A DNA stretch of 64,000 nt from Hydrolagus colliei (taxonomy: Eukaryota), in assembly GCA_035084275.1 (NCBI GenBank), contig CM068743.1, forward strand, positions 104,470,001 through 104,534,000. Direction: 5' to 3'. Of this stretch, positions 25,741 through 38,267 are shown piece by piece. The notes beneath the pieces are model-generated. The model was not told the origin of the DNA. It saw only the letters and a list, made by a program, of their open reading frames with translations, and made no database searches. Position 1 is the stretch's first letter. Each line of letters opens with the position of its first letter. The translations under genes and the position numbers were made by a program.

Positions 25741-26839
25741 GTGAGGGGATTTTTTTTTTTGGCAAAGATAAGAACCCCAGATCCAATTGAATAAAAGATT
25801 AAAAAGTAAAGATATGTAGACAAACATCATGGGAGATCAAACAAAGAACAATGTAGAGAATACAGGAGAAAAACAAAAAGCAGAAGGAACAAGAAGGAGT
25901 GGCAGAAACTATGAGAACAATCATATTCGGAAGAGAAATAAAAAGACCACAAAGAATGATAGAACAAGATTGGAAAAAAAGGAGAAAAAAATAAAAGAAG
26001 GAAGTTTGTTGCATATTGCTTTAAAGACATAAGGGGCAATTGAATATGGCTGATGCAAGGATAAAGGGACTCTTGGAAAGTGACTGAGCAGATTTGAAAG
26101 TGTTGATTTATACAATTGAAATTAAAGGACCAAGTGAAACTACAATGGGTTGTGGATTAAATGCATCAGACTCCGCATTAATTAATAAAAACTGAAACAA
26201 TAAGCACTTCACACTCCTTTTATGCCTTGGTCACAATTTGATGTGAAAACAGTACAGTTGTGTGAGTGGGAATCAATGGGATATGCTGCATGCAACCTGC
26301 CTTTACACTGGGATCAGAATCTACATATAAAAAAAGCCTTAGGTATATTTCTGCAATTGTGTCCTCCTGACATGGATGGTGCTGTGTCAAATCTGATGAT
26401 ACAGCGGAGAGAGGAACTGAGCTATCTGTGTGTGTGTGTGTGTATGAGAGATACACAGTGAGACACAATGGCAATTCACTTGCCTGGTTTGAGTTGGAAT
26501 ATTGTAGTAATAATAATAATTGCATATATACAGCACCTTATCATGTCATTGAGACGTCTCAAAGCACTTTGCAGAATCTATATATAGATATATATATATA
26601 TAAAAGCTTTAGGTATGTTTCCGCAATTAGAACAATGAACTTCTAAAAGAAAGTCAAAAACCAATACAGCTTAAAAAACAAACAAAAATCAACAACAAAG
26701 AAAAACAACCCAGTGATTAAAACTCACCCTTTTTCTTGTAAACAACAAATATAAATATTTTTTAAGTTTTGAAATACTGAATATGAATAAACATGTTCAA
26801 AAACACTAGGCGGCGTATGTTATGTGGGGGTATAGCTCG

Positions 26840-27545
26840 TTATTCAGAATTAAGTTAGTATCCCATGAAGTGCCTCTGTAAAGTGGGCAACAATCGTAGA
26901 TCACAATTATAGTGGTTTTGGGACTAGCTACAGGACAGATTAACAAACTAAAATTATAAGTGTGCTTTGTAGGCTATATAATATAATAATACTGTAATAT
27001 AATGATAATCCATGCATTTGATATAGCGCTTTTCACATCTTATCAACGCCTCAAAGCGCTTCACAGAATATACTGTAAAGTGAATTGACTGTATATTTGT
27101 AAGAGAAATTGGGTGTATGTGTGTATAGGGGCTGAGAGTATTCACATTCTCAGACAGTCAATAGTTGGGTGGTCCACAATTTTTGAGATTTTTTTTCACC
27201 CTACAATTAAGGGTGAATTGCAACAAAACTGGAGAGAAGAGGTGTTAATAACATTAAAAGAAACAAAAAAATTACTGTACCCCTTTTGTTTCACACATTA
27301 ATACTTCTTTAACCCATCACCTCCTGCCCTCTATCCCATTTTCCCCTTTGTCTCCCTTGCCCTGCCTCTCCCTCCATGTTAATCCTGCAAACCCTCTCCC
27401 TCCCAACATGCCCCAGTTCTGACGAAGGGTCATGGAACCAAAACGTTGACTCACTTTTCCTTTCTCCATAGATGCTGCCTGACCTGCTGAGTGTTCCCAG
27501 CGATTTCTGTTATTGTTTCAGACTTCCAGCATCTGCAGTATTTTG
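26840..27545 (+). mobile_element. Penelope-ended repeat unit (copy 1) with a SINE tail nested at ~26978-27105
   Basis: Collinear with 37638-38190; ends ctgacgaagggtcatggaaccaaaacgttgactc...agatgctgcctgacctgctgagtgttcccagc...ttccagcatctgcagtattttg. Confidence 0.8.
27415..27451 (+). ncRNA. Decayed minimal type-I hammerhead ribozyme motif (copy 1)
   Basis: AGTT-CTGACGA-A-GGGT..AACC-AAAA(for GAAA)-CGTT-GACT. Confidence 0.5.
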
Positions 27546-28189
27546 AGGGGGTTTTTCTAGGTTGAGAAACAGGCTAGAAAGCAGGGATCTAGTCACTGCG
27601 TGATACAGCTTAGAGCACTTTACTCCCGATAAATGCCAAACTAGATGTCAAGAAAAGGTAATGTACAGCTCTGTTAAAAGTACTGACAGGTCAGGAGATT
27701 TTGATGACCATGTTACATCCCCAACAGCCCACAGACATGTAACTATTTATATTTCTACAAAACAAAATGTGTTTACATTCAGTTCAGACTGTTTGATGTA
27801 CATTGTCTCCTGGAGACTAACAGAGTCTGACATTTTCAAGCAATTGAAGAGTTTGCATGCAGATAATCTTTTCAATCTGCTGATGACATACCAGTGACGC
27901 CACTGTCAGAGCTGTAGAGCTGCATCAACACAACGAGACGTATAGTCAACATGGTGAGGTCCACAGAGCTCAAGTGCGTGAGCGACTCTTAAAGGAGCTA
28001 AGTCCCTTTTTCAGAAATGCTCTTACGTATAGCAGTTTGATGATTGTTAATTGCTTATAAAATCCATGCTTCAAAACATAAACAATTTTCATCTGAAAAA
28101 TGTATATCCATTGACCTACCAGAAGGTAAAGTCAGCTATTATCTAACCTGCCAATTTGTTTCATTATTTTAAATAACTGAATTATATTC

Positions 28190-28625
28190 ACCCCTTAACC
28201 TCCATTGCTCTAAGGATGTAACCCCAGTCTACTCAACCGCTCACCATTTCAAACCAAGTAATAATCTTGTGAACTGTTGTTGGAACCTTCTAAGGCTAGG
28301 AAAATTGGTCATTTACTTCATGGCTGTTTGCGGGACATTGCTGTGTTTAAATTGGCTGCAACATTCATCTAGAAAATACGGTCACTGCCCTTTATGGTAA
28401 ATGCTGTGAAGCATTTTGAAAGGTCCTCCCAACATAAAAGGCACTATATCAAATCATTATTTATTAATATTTATATTCTTCCTAAAATAGGGTGGCAAAG
28501 CTGAAAGCAATACTGCAAATAAGGTCTGACCAGCATTATATATGACCAGAGTAGCACCTCCTTCTGTTATATTCCAGACCTCATGTGATAAAGGCTAGGA
28601 ATCCATTTGCCTTATTGACTACACC
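28190..28625 (-). mobile_element. CR1 fragment interrupted by a + strand SINE 3' part (~28300-28465)
   Basis: gcaatactgcaaataaggtctgaccagcattatata is the reverse complement of a YNALVRPYLQYC-like motif. Confidence 0.7.
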
Positions 28626-28699
28626 AGCAAACTAGACCAACAAACTAGATTTTAATGATCTATGGACATGAGCCACTATATCGCTCTGTTCATCTACCC

Positions 28700-28990
28700 T
28701 TCCTAGTGCTTCCCTATCGAACTATTGAGTTTAAATCCCTCTACTTCTCGACACACTCCTACCTCTCTAACCTCCTCTCTCCTTACAGCAGTACCCTCTG
28801 TCTCCACTCTACTGGGTCCAGTCTTCTCCTTCTCCCCCGAATCCTCCACTTCATCATGCTTTCAGCCACTGTGCCCCAAAGCTTTTGAACTCCCTGACTC
28901 AACTCATTCACCTCACCCCCTCCTTTCTCATCTGCAGGTTGGGCCTGAAGACATTTCACTTTGACCATGCAAGTTATTGTTGTTGATGTT
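28700..28990 (+). mobile_element. L2 3' fragment
   Basis: FKSL...SYLSNLLSPY...LHSTGS remnant; tail atgcaagttattgttgttg. Confidence 0.75.
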
Positions 28991-29222
28991 ATTTAGAACC
29001 TACACTATACGGGAAAAGCAATTTCCGAAATAGTGCAGATTTAGAAAAATGTTTTACATCTCTGAAGTGTGAAATGAGACTAAGGAAGCAATATCTCTTC
29101 TCGCTGAAACCAGAAGATGATTAAATAGGGAGGCGTACTCTCAAGATTCAAAAAATTATTTGACTCTTTCCACATTAAATCATCAGTTTATGGAATAGAC
29201 TATCACTTAGATGTTTGCAGAC

Positions 29223-29590
29223 TAGGGTCCGTCGATATGGAAATTTTCCAATATCGATGTATCGGTTGGCTCATATCGATATATACCGCTATATCGATAT
29301 CTCCGGGGGTTTTTTGTACTGCGCATGTGCGCGCATTCGGGGTCCGTGTGCATTCTGTGCTCTAGGTCCAGGAGGTTTGCAATGCTGGCGACAAGGTAAG
29401 TTGAAAAAGTTCGCTTTATACCAATATATACCGATATATCGATATATCGCCGGACACGATACACTGATATTTGCGATATATCATTTTTTTTCACATCACA
29501 TTTTTCGATATATTGATATATTTGAATTTCCAATATCGGCATATCGATATGAAAAATTATACCAATATATCGATATATCGCTGGACACTA
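29223..29590. mobile_element. hAT-type MITE (copy 2)
   Basis: Termini TAGGGTCC...GGACACTA; 8-bp TSD TTGCAGAC / TTGCAGAT; collinear with 10443-10794. Confidence 0.9.
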
Positions 29591-29689
29591 TTGCAGATAT
29601 TATCTTAGTTAAAGTCTTCAAAAGGAAATTGGGATACAATATATGGTACCATCTCTCTCTCCTCTACCCCATGGCCTCCCATATTGTGA

Positions 29690-30028
29690 AGTTCTGTTGC
29701 TCAGTGGTTCTGTTTCTTCCTGCCGGGAATCAAACCCACATCTCTTGTTTGCAAGGTGAATGCTCTGAGTGACAGGATTAAAGCCATGGGCAAGTTTCCT
29801 TCCTCTACATGCCTGATAATAATCCCTCAAGAAAAAAAAACAATAATAAATTGATCACGTCAATCCTCGACTGTTTGTGGGACACTGCTGTACACAATTG
29901 GCTGCTTCATTTCATCCACATATATATAGTCAATTTACTTTAAAGTATATTCTGTGAAGTGCTTTGAGATGTCTAGAAGACGTGAGAAGAACTATATCAA
30001 ATGCAAGGATTATTTTTATTATTATTAT
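29690..30028 (+). mobile_element. tRNA-head SINE with an in-place inversion of the head (~29719-29766)
   Basis: gctcagtggtt is forward, the next segment is the reverse complement of agagcattcaccttgcaaacaagagatgtgggtttgattcccggcagg, then the body and tail are forward. Confidence 0.8.
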
Positions 30029-30289
30029 GGTATGATCTGAGGGAATCCCTGCAACACAACTCTACCCCTGATTTAAAGATCAAAATCTAAGTATAGGAGA
30101 AAGGACATGAACTGAGATCAGTGGGTTTCCTCCTCCCCTGCCTCAAATTCTGCCTCTAGCGTGGCCTGTCTTGGTTGGCCCAGTGCCTGGAATCTCAAGG
30201 TGTCTCTGCACAATCCTGAATTGGCACCACAATGGCTGTGAGTGGAGTGGTGGGAAGTAGTCAGTGTGCCAGTAATTATTAGGCGTGAA

Positions 30290-30450
30290 CCTAGCTCAGT
30301 TGGTAGCACTCGCCTCTCAAATCAAAAGATTGTGGATTCAAGTCTTACACCAAGACTTTGAGCTCAACTGGTTGGCCTATTGGGATGCTCTGCCTTGTCG
30401 GAAGTGTCATCCTTTGGTTTGAGATGTTTAACCGAGATCATGTCTGCTCA
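30290..30450 (+). mobile_element. DeuSINE 5' head fragment
   Basis: agctcagttggtagcactcgcctct...ggattcaagtc...gagatgtttaaccgag. Confidence 0.75.
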
Positions 30451-30559
30451 GTAATAGATTGGGTCCTCAAACTGGTTCAGGATTTTCATGGGGAAAAAAG
30501 AGGTCCGGCACCAATTTATAGGGTGTATTGGTGCCAAAAAGAATCAAACAATGCATGAA

Positions 30560-30780
30560 GACAAGGCCCCAGTCTCTCATATCAGTATCATCCAAACTCT
30601 GGCACTGCTTCCATCAGACTCCCTTCTCCCGCTCCCCCACTCAGGGTGGCCGGATGGAGGCTGATCACTCGCCCACTCACCACGATCTTGGCAGCAATGG
30701 ATTTCCTCTCCTCCAAGCTCCTGGCTATTCCACCATGTGCCGAATCAAGGTGCAGAGTCCGCCAGCGAAAGGACGAAAGT
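30560..30780 (+). mobile_element. L2 ORF2 C-terminal fragment
   Basis: tcatccaaactctggcactgc...cactcgcccactcaccacgatcttggc...gaatcaag matches the L2 region also seen at 58410-58520. Confidence 0.5.
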
Positions 30781-33304
30781 ATCATCGCCGGCCAAAAAGC
30801 CCCATCATTTGTACTTGTATAAGTGCCTATAAGGCCGATTTGTTGCTATGTGAAGTGTAAGTGTTTGTCAGTCAATTCCTGGGAACCCAGCAATGCTACA
30901 ACTATTTTCACAGGGGGCTAAGACAATGTATCATGTGGAAAACTTCCCATTTTCCCAAATAGCTGTTCAGGTGACCACTAAACATTCCATAGTACTATTT
31001 GAAAAGAGAAGTAAGTATCACACGGTGTCCTGATCCACAATCCCCCAGATAAAATTTGATATTCACTTAATTGTAAGAGTCTGACGACAGGCATCTCAGA
31101 GCGCATTAATAACCACTGGGACTCAATTACATACAGTCACCAGTCGTGTTGATATGCAACCAGTCAATAAATATCAACTAAACTTGCAGTGTTTCCTATC
31201 ACATTTCAAGTGATAATTATCACAAAGAACACATTACAGAAAACTGCAAATATCACATGTTATGAAGTCCCACCTTCTAATTTAGTGACACAAAGAAAAT
31301 AACTCCTGAAGTATGTGTTCAGTCAATACAAACCATGTAACCGCATGGCTCAATCACAGCAGCGAATCTCATTTTATACGACAGTTTATGTTATATACTT
31401 TTCCAAAGAATGCAGCCACGTCTAGATCATGAAACAGACAAAACAGGAAAGTAGCAGAGAAACCAGCAGCTGGCATGAGTTTTCTAACCGGTTTGGATTT
31501 TGGACTTGGACTGAACTTGAATTTGATGCTCAAATTTCAATCATTAAATCTTCATGGTATGTAAACAGGAAAGGCTAGACTGGAATGCCAAGTACTCAGA
31601 TGCAGACTGGCACCGAAGTCAAGGAATTCTGGTGACGACAGATATAATTCCCAATCAGGAACCATAACCAGACCACTAGGAAATTCAATACAATGTAGAC
31701 TTCTGCCAACCTAGCAACATTATCAATACAATGTGGCCTTCTCTCAACCCAGCACCATTATCCTGAAGGGAATTGGCCAGAGTGGCTATCCCCCTATCCC
31801 ACACTCTCTCCACTCCCTGGATTGTGACGAGAATTTATTTGATTCTGTTCAAAGGCCACACAGTGGGAATGCAAAAAAAAGCAACACTTTGCATGGAATT
31901 GATGTTATAATTACTATGATGAAACAAAAAAGACCCCCTTACACATGGACACCATAATAGTATATAATAATAATAATCCTTGCATTTGATATAGCACTTT
32001 TCATATCTTATCGACGTCTCAAAGCGTTTCATAGAATACACCGTAAAGTGAATTGACTGTATATTTATGGGCAAATGACTTGGCTACACATCGTCATTGG
32101 GCACCAACATCCAAATGCAGTGCGGTTTTCTTTCTCTCTGCTATTCCAGGCCAAGGTTGTCAAACAGACTTCTACATTTTCAAAATATATAAATTACTTA
32201 ATAGTAACTCATTTTGCCACCTTATCAAATTGCTGGACATGAAGAAACTTTCAAGCAGAAGACTAGGTAATGTGGAGATTGTTGGATTCAAGGATAGAAA
32301 GTAGCTTTAGGAACCCACATGGCTAATTTTGTCTGTCAACAAACCAACATGACTGTTTTATTTAAAGAACAGTCATCAAAATGCACATTCAGATGAATTA
32401 AAACTTTTTTGTAAAAAAATACTGGATTTGGACATGATCAGGCTAATATTTTGCCGTGAATGTTTATCCCTGAACATTAAAAGTGATATAGGAGAGATTC
32501 TCTGATCTAAGTGAATTTGCTGAGCTTGACAATGAGCCCATCTGATCTGATCAGGTTGGAAAATACACCGACCTCAACACTATTAGATTTGAATAAGATT
32601 TTCCTTCAAGCTCGGTAAATTTAACAACGATAGAATAATCACCCTCAAAAGGAGGATTTTTTGTTTTTTGATTTACACTGACGTGGTTATTAATTTCAAA
32701 ATATGTTGTTTGTTTTCTTTGTGTGAGGGAGACTGGTGGATGTGTAGATGTGTGTACTAATCCCAGGCTCAGTCCTTACACTCCAGCTCCGGTACAGCCT
32801 CAGGGGTGGCATGTGGGTAACCTAGGTAACCATTGAACGTATTCAAGCTTTCACTGTGTATTGACCCCTTGAGGACTGCAGTGACATGGGCTGCACCAAA
32901 ATAAAAAATCTAACAAGATGTTCTTTGTTTATTATACTAAAATGTTTATTTCCTGAATCTACAGAATTAGGGAAGGCTTATTTATTATTTCTGCACGTTA
33001 CTCTCGCTTTTATACATAACATTCAAAGTGTGATGTACAACCTTTACAATAGTTCTGTGGGACATTTGTTCATGCATAAATTGGCTTCCCCATTTAGCTA
33101 CCAAAACACAGTTACCACATTTTAGAGTATATCCTGTGAAGCACTTTGAGATTTCCATCCTCCTGATGTGGAAGGTGCTAAATCAAATGTAGAATTATTA
33201 TTATCCTCATTCTCCTTAAACCAGACTCATATCAGGATCTACTTCAAAGGGGTCAGCGGTCTTCTGGTAGCCCATCAAAGTAGCCATTATTTATGTGTGT
33301 GTGG

Positions 33305-33512
33305 ACAACAACAACAACAAAATTACACTTGTATAGCGCATTTTATGTCGGGAGGATGTCCAAGGCGCTGAACAGTTAGTTTGAGACCCGAGCAGGGGAG
33401 AGGGAGGGTTGGAGTAGGGGGAAGAGGAAGGTCTTGCGACTGGCTTTGAAGGAGTAAAGGGAGGAAGCAAGGCAGAGGGACTGCGGGATGAAGTTCCATA
33501 GTGTGGGAGCAG
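33305..33512 (-). mobile_element. L2 3' end
   Basis: (caa)n aaattacacttgtatagcgc...ccaaggcgctg...gggatgaagttcca (reverse strand: LWNFIP). Confidence 0.8.
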
Positions 33513-33637
33513 AGAGGCAGAAAGTGAATATGTGAATATTGGCAGGCGATTTGGTTGAAGAAGGGTCGTAGATTTGAACCTGATCCTGTCTTCACTAAAG
33601 GACCAAAATTACTTACTTCCCTTAAAAGTATTATCTG

Positions 33638-34047
33638 ATAATAATAATGATAATAATCCTTGCATTTGGTATAGTGCCTTATCACGTCTTTTAAACATCC
33701 CAAGCGGTTCACAGAATATACTGTAAAGTCCCATCCTAACCGTTCAGTGCCTTGGGATGTCCTTCCGATGTGAAAGGCGCCCTATAAATGTAATGTTGTT
33801 GTTGTTGTTGTTGATGATGATGAATTGACTGTATATTTGTTGGTGAAACGTGGCAGCCAATTCTGTACAGCGATGTCCCACAACAGTCGTTGAGTAATTT
33901 CATTATTGATTTTTTTTTAGGGATTATTAGCAGGCATGTGGAATAAGGAAACTTACCCAAGGTTTTACCATGCCTGGAATCAATCCCAGATCCTTCGAGG
34001 ATCTGGGATTGATGTAAGGCGAAACATCCACTGAGCTACTGGACTCC
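33638..34047 (-). mobile_element. Full-length tRNA-head SINE with an L2 tail nested at ~33730-33822
   Basis: (taa)n tail, core, head end ccactgagctactggactcc; interrupted by a + strand gccttgggatgtcc...aaaggcgcc...(ttg)n. Confidence 0.85.
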
Positions 34048-34064
34048 ACAAAATGTGGAATAAT

Positions 34065-34375
34065 ATTGGTCATTTCAATCCACAACTGTTTGTAGTTCAC
34101 TGCTGTGTGCAATTGGCTGCCATGTTTCGCCCACAAATATACAGTCAATTCACTTTATAGTATATTTTGTGAAGCGCTTTGAGACATCTAGAAGATGTGA
34201 AAAGCACTATATCAAATACAAGGATTATTATATGGAGTCCTGTAACTCAGTGATTAGAGCACTCGCCTTACAAGCGTGAAACCTGTGTTCAAATCCAGGC
34301 AGGTCAGGATGAAACTTTGGGCAAGTTTCTTTACTTCACATGCCTAATAATAATCCCTCCAATAAAAAAAAGGAA
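34065..34375 (+). mobile_element. SINE 3' half (34065-34231) followed by a SINE 5' head (34233-34375)
   Basis: Head ggagtcctgtaactcagtgattagagcactcgcc...gttcaaatcc carries A and B boxes. Confidence 0.85.
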
Positions 34376-34609
34376 CATCATGAAGAATTATGGAAAAATG
34401 GTTAAATCCAGTCTTAATTTTAAAGCCTTTTCTATTTACTTCTTAAAAAGGAACCTGTGGAAAACCAACTTCCAAATTAAGACTACATTTAAGAAATTTC
34501 CCCCATAAAAATTATGATCTTAAATTTCAAACTCTTACGACTGCAGGCAACAGAAATTTCAGAAATTTAAAGTTTACACACAAACACACGCGGATGCACA
34601 CATTCTAGC

Positions 34610-34810
34610 TAGTTCACTATACCATAAACCGGGAGGGAACCTTGGTCTCTGCTTTAATCCCCCGATTAAGTATTTTGGATGCTTATTGTTGTGTTCTCTC
34701 TGCCACTTCTACAGTGGAGATCAGCTAACGTAGTGCAGAGCAGTGATTTAAATCAGAGATCTATCTCCCTGGTATATGACATCCTTTACAATGAACCACC
34801 AGGGGAGCTC
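34610..34810 (-). mobile_element. AmnSINE2-like ancient SINE 5' part
   Basis: gagatcagctaacgtagtgcaga, gggaaccttgg and gaaccaccaggggagct are reverse complements of blocks recalled from the AmnSINE2 consensus. Confidence 0.5.
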
Positions 34811-37637
34811 CTCTTATTCAGCACTTCAAAGGTTAACAATTTCTTGTAATTACACTAGTGGTTGTATGTTACAATTTTATCCACAATCGTGACACGTTCT
34901 CTGTTTACTTTACAAAATGATACCCAACAAAGGTTACTGTGAAAACCAGCAGCAACTCTTTTAGCCTGTGGAAAGCCTAAGAATGTCAATGGCACTTTGA
35001 TTGACAAGTTTATATTTGTAAAAGACGTTTCAAAGAGTAAATGAAACGAGGCTACATAAGCGCTTGCAGGCTGTGTGAAGCGCCTGCAATTCATAGATCA
35101 TGGGCAGAAAAAAAGAAACCACAAGACCTTCTCGCTCAGAAATACACTTTGCTGTTTCTGCATAAAAGATAATGGCAGAAGAGCATTCCTGAACTTAAAA
35201 GGAAAAACAATTCCCATGTGGCATGAAAGTTATATCTCCTTAATGGAAGAAAATGTATAATTCTTAAGTGAATTACAAGTTTTAACCCAACCTTGGTGTT
35301 CAGACGATTTCATAAAGTGAAATAGTGGTACATCACCTGAACCAGATTAGCCCTGTGCCATTGCTCTATTATCATTGAATGATATTTTATGTATAGAAAG
35401 TTTACATTTGAAATTGCTATTTCCCTTGGAATTATTGAAATAGCGATTTCATTGTTGAATGCCACGGGATAGTTTTAAAACCAGTTTATTTATTTCATTA
35501 TTCAAACCAGAATGCATATAAGATTTATAACACAAGTCCTGAAAGTACACTAGATTGCACATTATTATTATTATTAACATAGATCTCTTTAGTAAGATCC
35601 TGGTATTTGCAGTTTTCATGAAATTCCTTCATCCTTTTTTTGTCTTTCCACATCACATACCATCATAATGGCTGTTGTGCTGCTGGGCCCTGTGGGGGAG
35701 GGGAGTTTGTCATCTGTGGAGGGCAGCTGGCCAGCGCTCAATAACAGAGATGCGGAGATGGATAGACGTAATAGAATTTTGCTTGATTACCTTTGAGATC
35801 AGCGAGTGTTTCTGCCCAACTTTCCTTCAAGAGATTAAATAGGTTTGGTAGGGGAGGTGGGGGGGTGGGGGGGAGGGGGCTGTGGGGGGTGGTGGTAGAG
35901 CCCAGGGTAAGGTAGACTGTGTGTGTGTATATGTGTGTGTGGATGCATGGAATGTTTGTTTCATGATGGGGTGAACAGACTTTTCTTGTACTATGTGTTT
36001 TCTAACCACACTCTGCCTGTGAAGAATCCTGAACTTATGACAAAGCTGCTAGGTGAATAGGAATGACATGAGAATGACGCAAGGTGCTCCCTTGGATTTT
36101 CTCTCTTCTTTCCTTTCGGGAAATGCCGAAAGGAACCTCCGTTCAGTGCTGCTGAAATTAGTAACTTGCCATGTGAGGACTGATAACTACACAAATCTGT
36201 TCTATAGTCCACGACACCCATGCATGCATGGAAGTGGGAAAAGTGGCAAAACACATGATGCCCAGCTATTTTAGCAAAAGTAATCCAGCAGAATCACTCA
36301 GGAGAATAAGATTTGACTGTTGGGGTGGTTTGAGGAAGGTATTAACAAAGAATTATCCAATTTCACTCTATAATGTCCATGATTACAAATACTTTGGCGG
36401 TAAAGTTATTAAAATATCTCAGTGATGAAGGAGCTGGTCAGATATTTTGACTGAAAAATCATCTGTCCATCTCTCAGTTTAACAGTCTCAGCTGATAATT
36501 TGTTGAAGAGAATTATTCGCCAAACAACCCAGTGCTGGTATAGAAAAAGGAAATTCCTTTCTCAAAAGGCATGTATGTGGATCATAACAATAGCGTTTTA
36601 TTAAACAACTAAACATTCAATATCAATCAATATTATTAGGGGAAATGTCAATTGAAAGTCAAGGATATGCATCATGGGCGTCTTACGGGGCACAGGTGGC
36701 AGAAAGCTCACTCAATTGCTTTGTGGCACATCTGCAATGTAGCTTCAAAAATAATAATGCAATAGGCTCAAAGGATGTTATTTGCTTATAATAGTCAGTG
36801 CAATAAAAGTCTCGATCACTGCCATGGGAGTCACACAGACAACAGGACTGCAATGCGGGTCATGTGGTGCAGTTACTCTGCAAGCTCTTACATCAGGGAT
36901 TTTGCATCGGATTTTTCAGCAAGAATTAGACGTTACACATACATCACACAGAAAAGCACAGTATTGAATAATGCCACATCCTCAGATAATACAATACTGA
37001 CAACCTACTGCTCTTCATATTTAAGAAGATGCATTATTTGTCTCAAGCACACTCCTAAGTAGGTACTATCCAACAGTTATAGCATCTAGGTTATTAAAAC
37101 TAAGACACCCAAATACAAAATTAAAATGTTATGAAATTTCAAATCAATATACCTCTGCTGCCAGCAACGCTGCAATCTACAGTATTGATGTTTGTCTGAT
37201 TATTGTGTATGAAGTAAACTCACTGTCTGAAGGGCAATGTTAGGTCTTCTACTTACAGCCATGCATGAGATTTAGCAATACCATCTTTGTAATGAAGAAT
37301 GATAATCCTTACATTTGGTACAGTGCCTTTCACCTCAGAAGTACATTCCCCAAGCTCTGGATCTCTGTAAACTACAGTCAGTGTTTTGTGGGTAAACACA
37401 GCAGCTAATTTTATGCACATTTATGGAGTACATCTACATTCCATAGTACTATTCAAAAATAGATGGACATTTCTCCCAGTATCCTAGCTAACAATGCCCA
37501 AGATAAAATTGTTCATCGATATTTTGGGGATATTGCTGTACGCAAATTGACAGTTTCCCTACAAAATATGCAGTGACTACACTTTACTGTATCAAATGTA
37601 AAGATTATTATAGAAATTGCTGGGAATAATCAGAATT

Positions 37638-38190
37638 ATTCAGAATTAAGTTAGTATCCCATGAAGTGCATCTCTAAAGTGGGCAATTGTTGTAGATCAC
37701 AATGGTAGTGGTTTTGGGACTTGCTTCAGGACAGATTAATAAACTAAAGTCATAATGTACTTTGTGGGCTACATTGGGTGTATGTGTGTATAGGAGCTGA
37801 GGGTATTCACATTCTCAGACAGTCATTAGTTGGGTGGTCCACAATTTTTGAGAATTATTTTTCACTCCTACAATTGAGGGCGAATTGCAACAAAACTGGA
37901 AAGCAGAGGTGTTAATAACGTTAAAACAAATAAATTACATTAACATCGCTTTAACCTATCACTTCCTGTCTTCTACCCCATTTTCTCCTTTGTATTCCTT
38001 GCCCTGCCTCTCCCGATTAATCGTTAAAAGTCTCTCCCTCCCAACATGCCCCAGTTCTGATGAAGGGTTGTGGACCCAAAACGTTGACTCACTTTTCCTT
38101 TCTCCATAAATGCTGCCTGATCTACTGAGTGTTCCCAGCGATTTCTGTTATTGTTTCAGGTTTCCAGCATATGCAGTATTTTGTGTTTTT
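37638..38190 (+). mobile_element. Penelope-ended repeat unit (copy 2, uninterrupted)
   Basis: About 85% identical by eye to 26840-27545 once the nested SINE is removed. Confidence 0.8.
38053..38089 (+). ncRNA. Decayed minimal type-I hammerhead ribozyme motif (copy 2)
   Basis: Stem I AGTT/GACT; CTGATGA at 38057-38063; stem II GGGT-tgtgg-ACCC; AAAA in place of GAAA; palindromic ACGT. Confidence 0.55.
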
Positions 38191-38267
38191 ATTATTATTT
38201 TCCATTGTAAGTTCCACCTTTATTACCTCATCTGATTCTAAGTTACCCTCAACTTGTAAATGTAACT

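Larger units (their letters stand above)
24679..26170 (+). mobile_element. Internally deleted Ty3/Gypsy LTR retrotransposon (~1.5 kb)
   Basis: Direct repeats 24679-24844 (TG...CA) and 26007-26170; PBS TGGTGTCAGAAGTG directly after the 5' LTR; purine tract before the 3' LTR; RNase H and integrase remnants inside. Confidence 0.88.

Noticed and set aside
29215-29772. 185-aa ORF (and ORFs 10204-10656, 10445-10747)
   Set aside because: They lie in the MITE, where CGATAT repeats lack stop codons and give Y/R/I/D/S-biased translations; no transposase motifs
32480-32620. Further AmnSINE2-like copies (also ~8090-8215)
   Set aside because: Too degenerate to support by eye
34233-34305. tRNA genes (also 49142, 49782, 30290, 7460)
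   Set aside because: The A/B boxes run directly into SINE body sequence and are degenerate: SINE heads, not tRNAs
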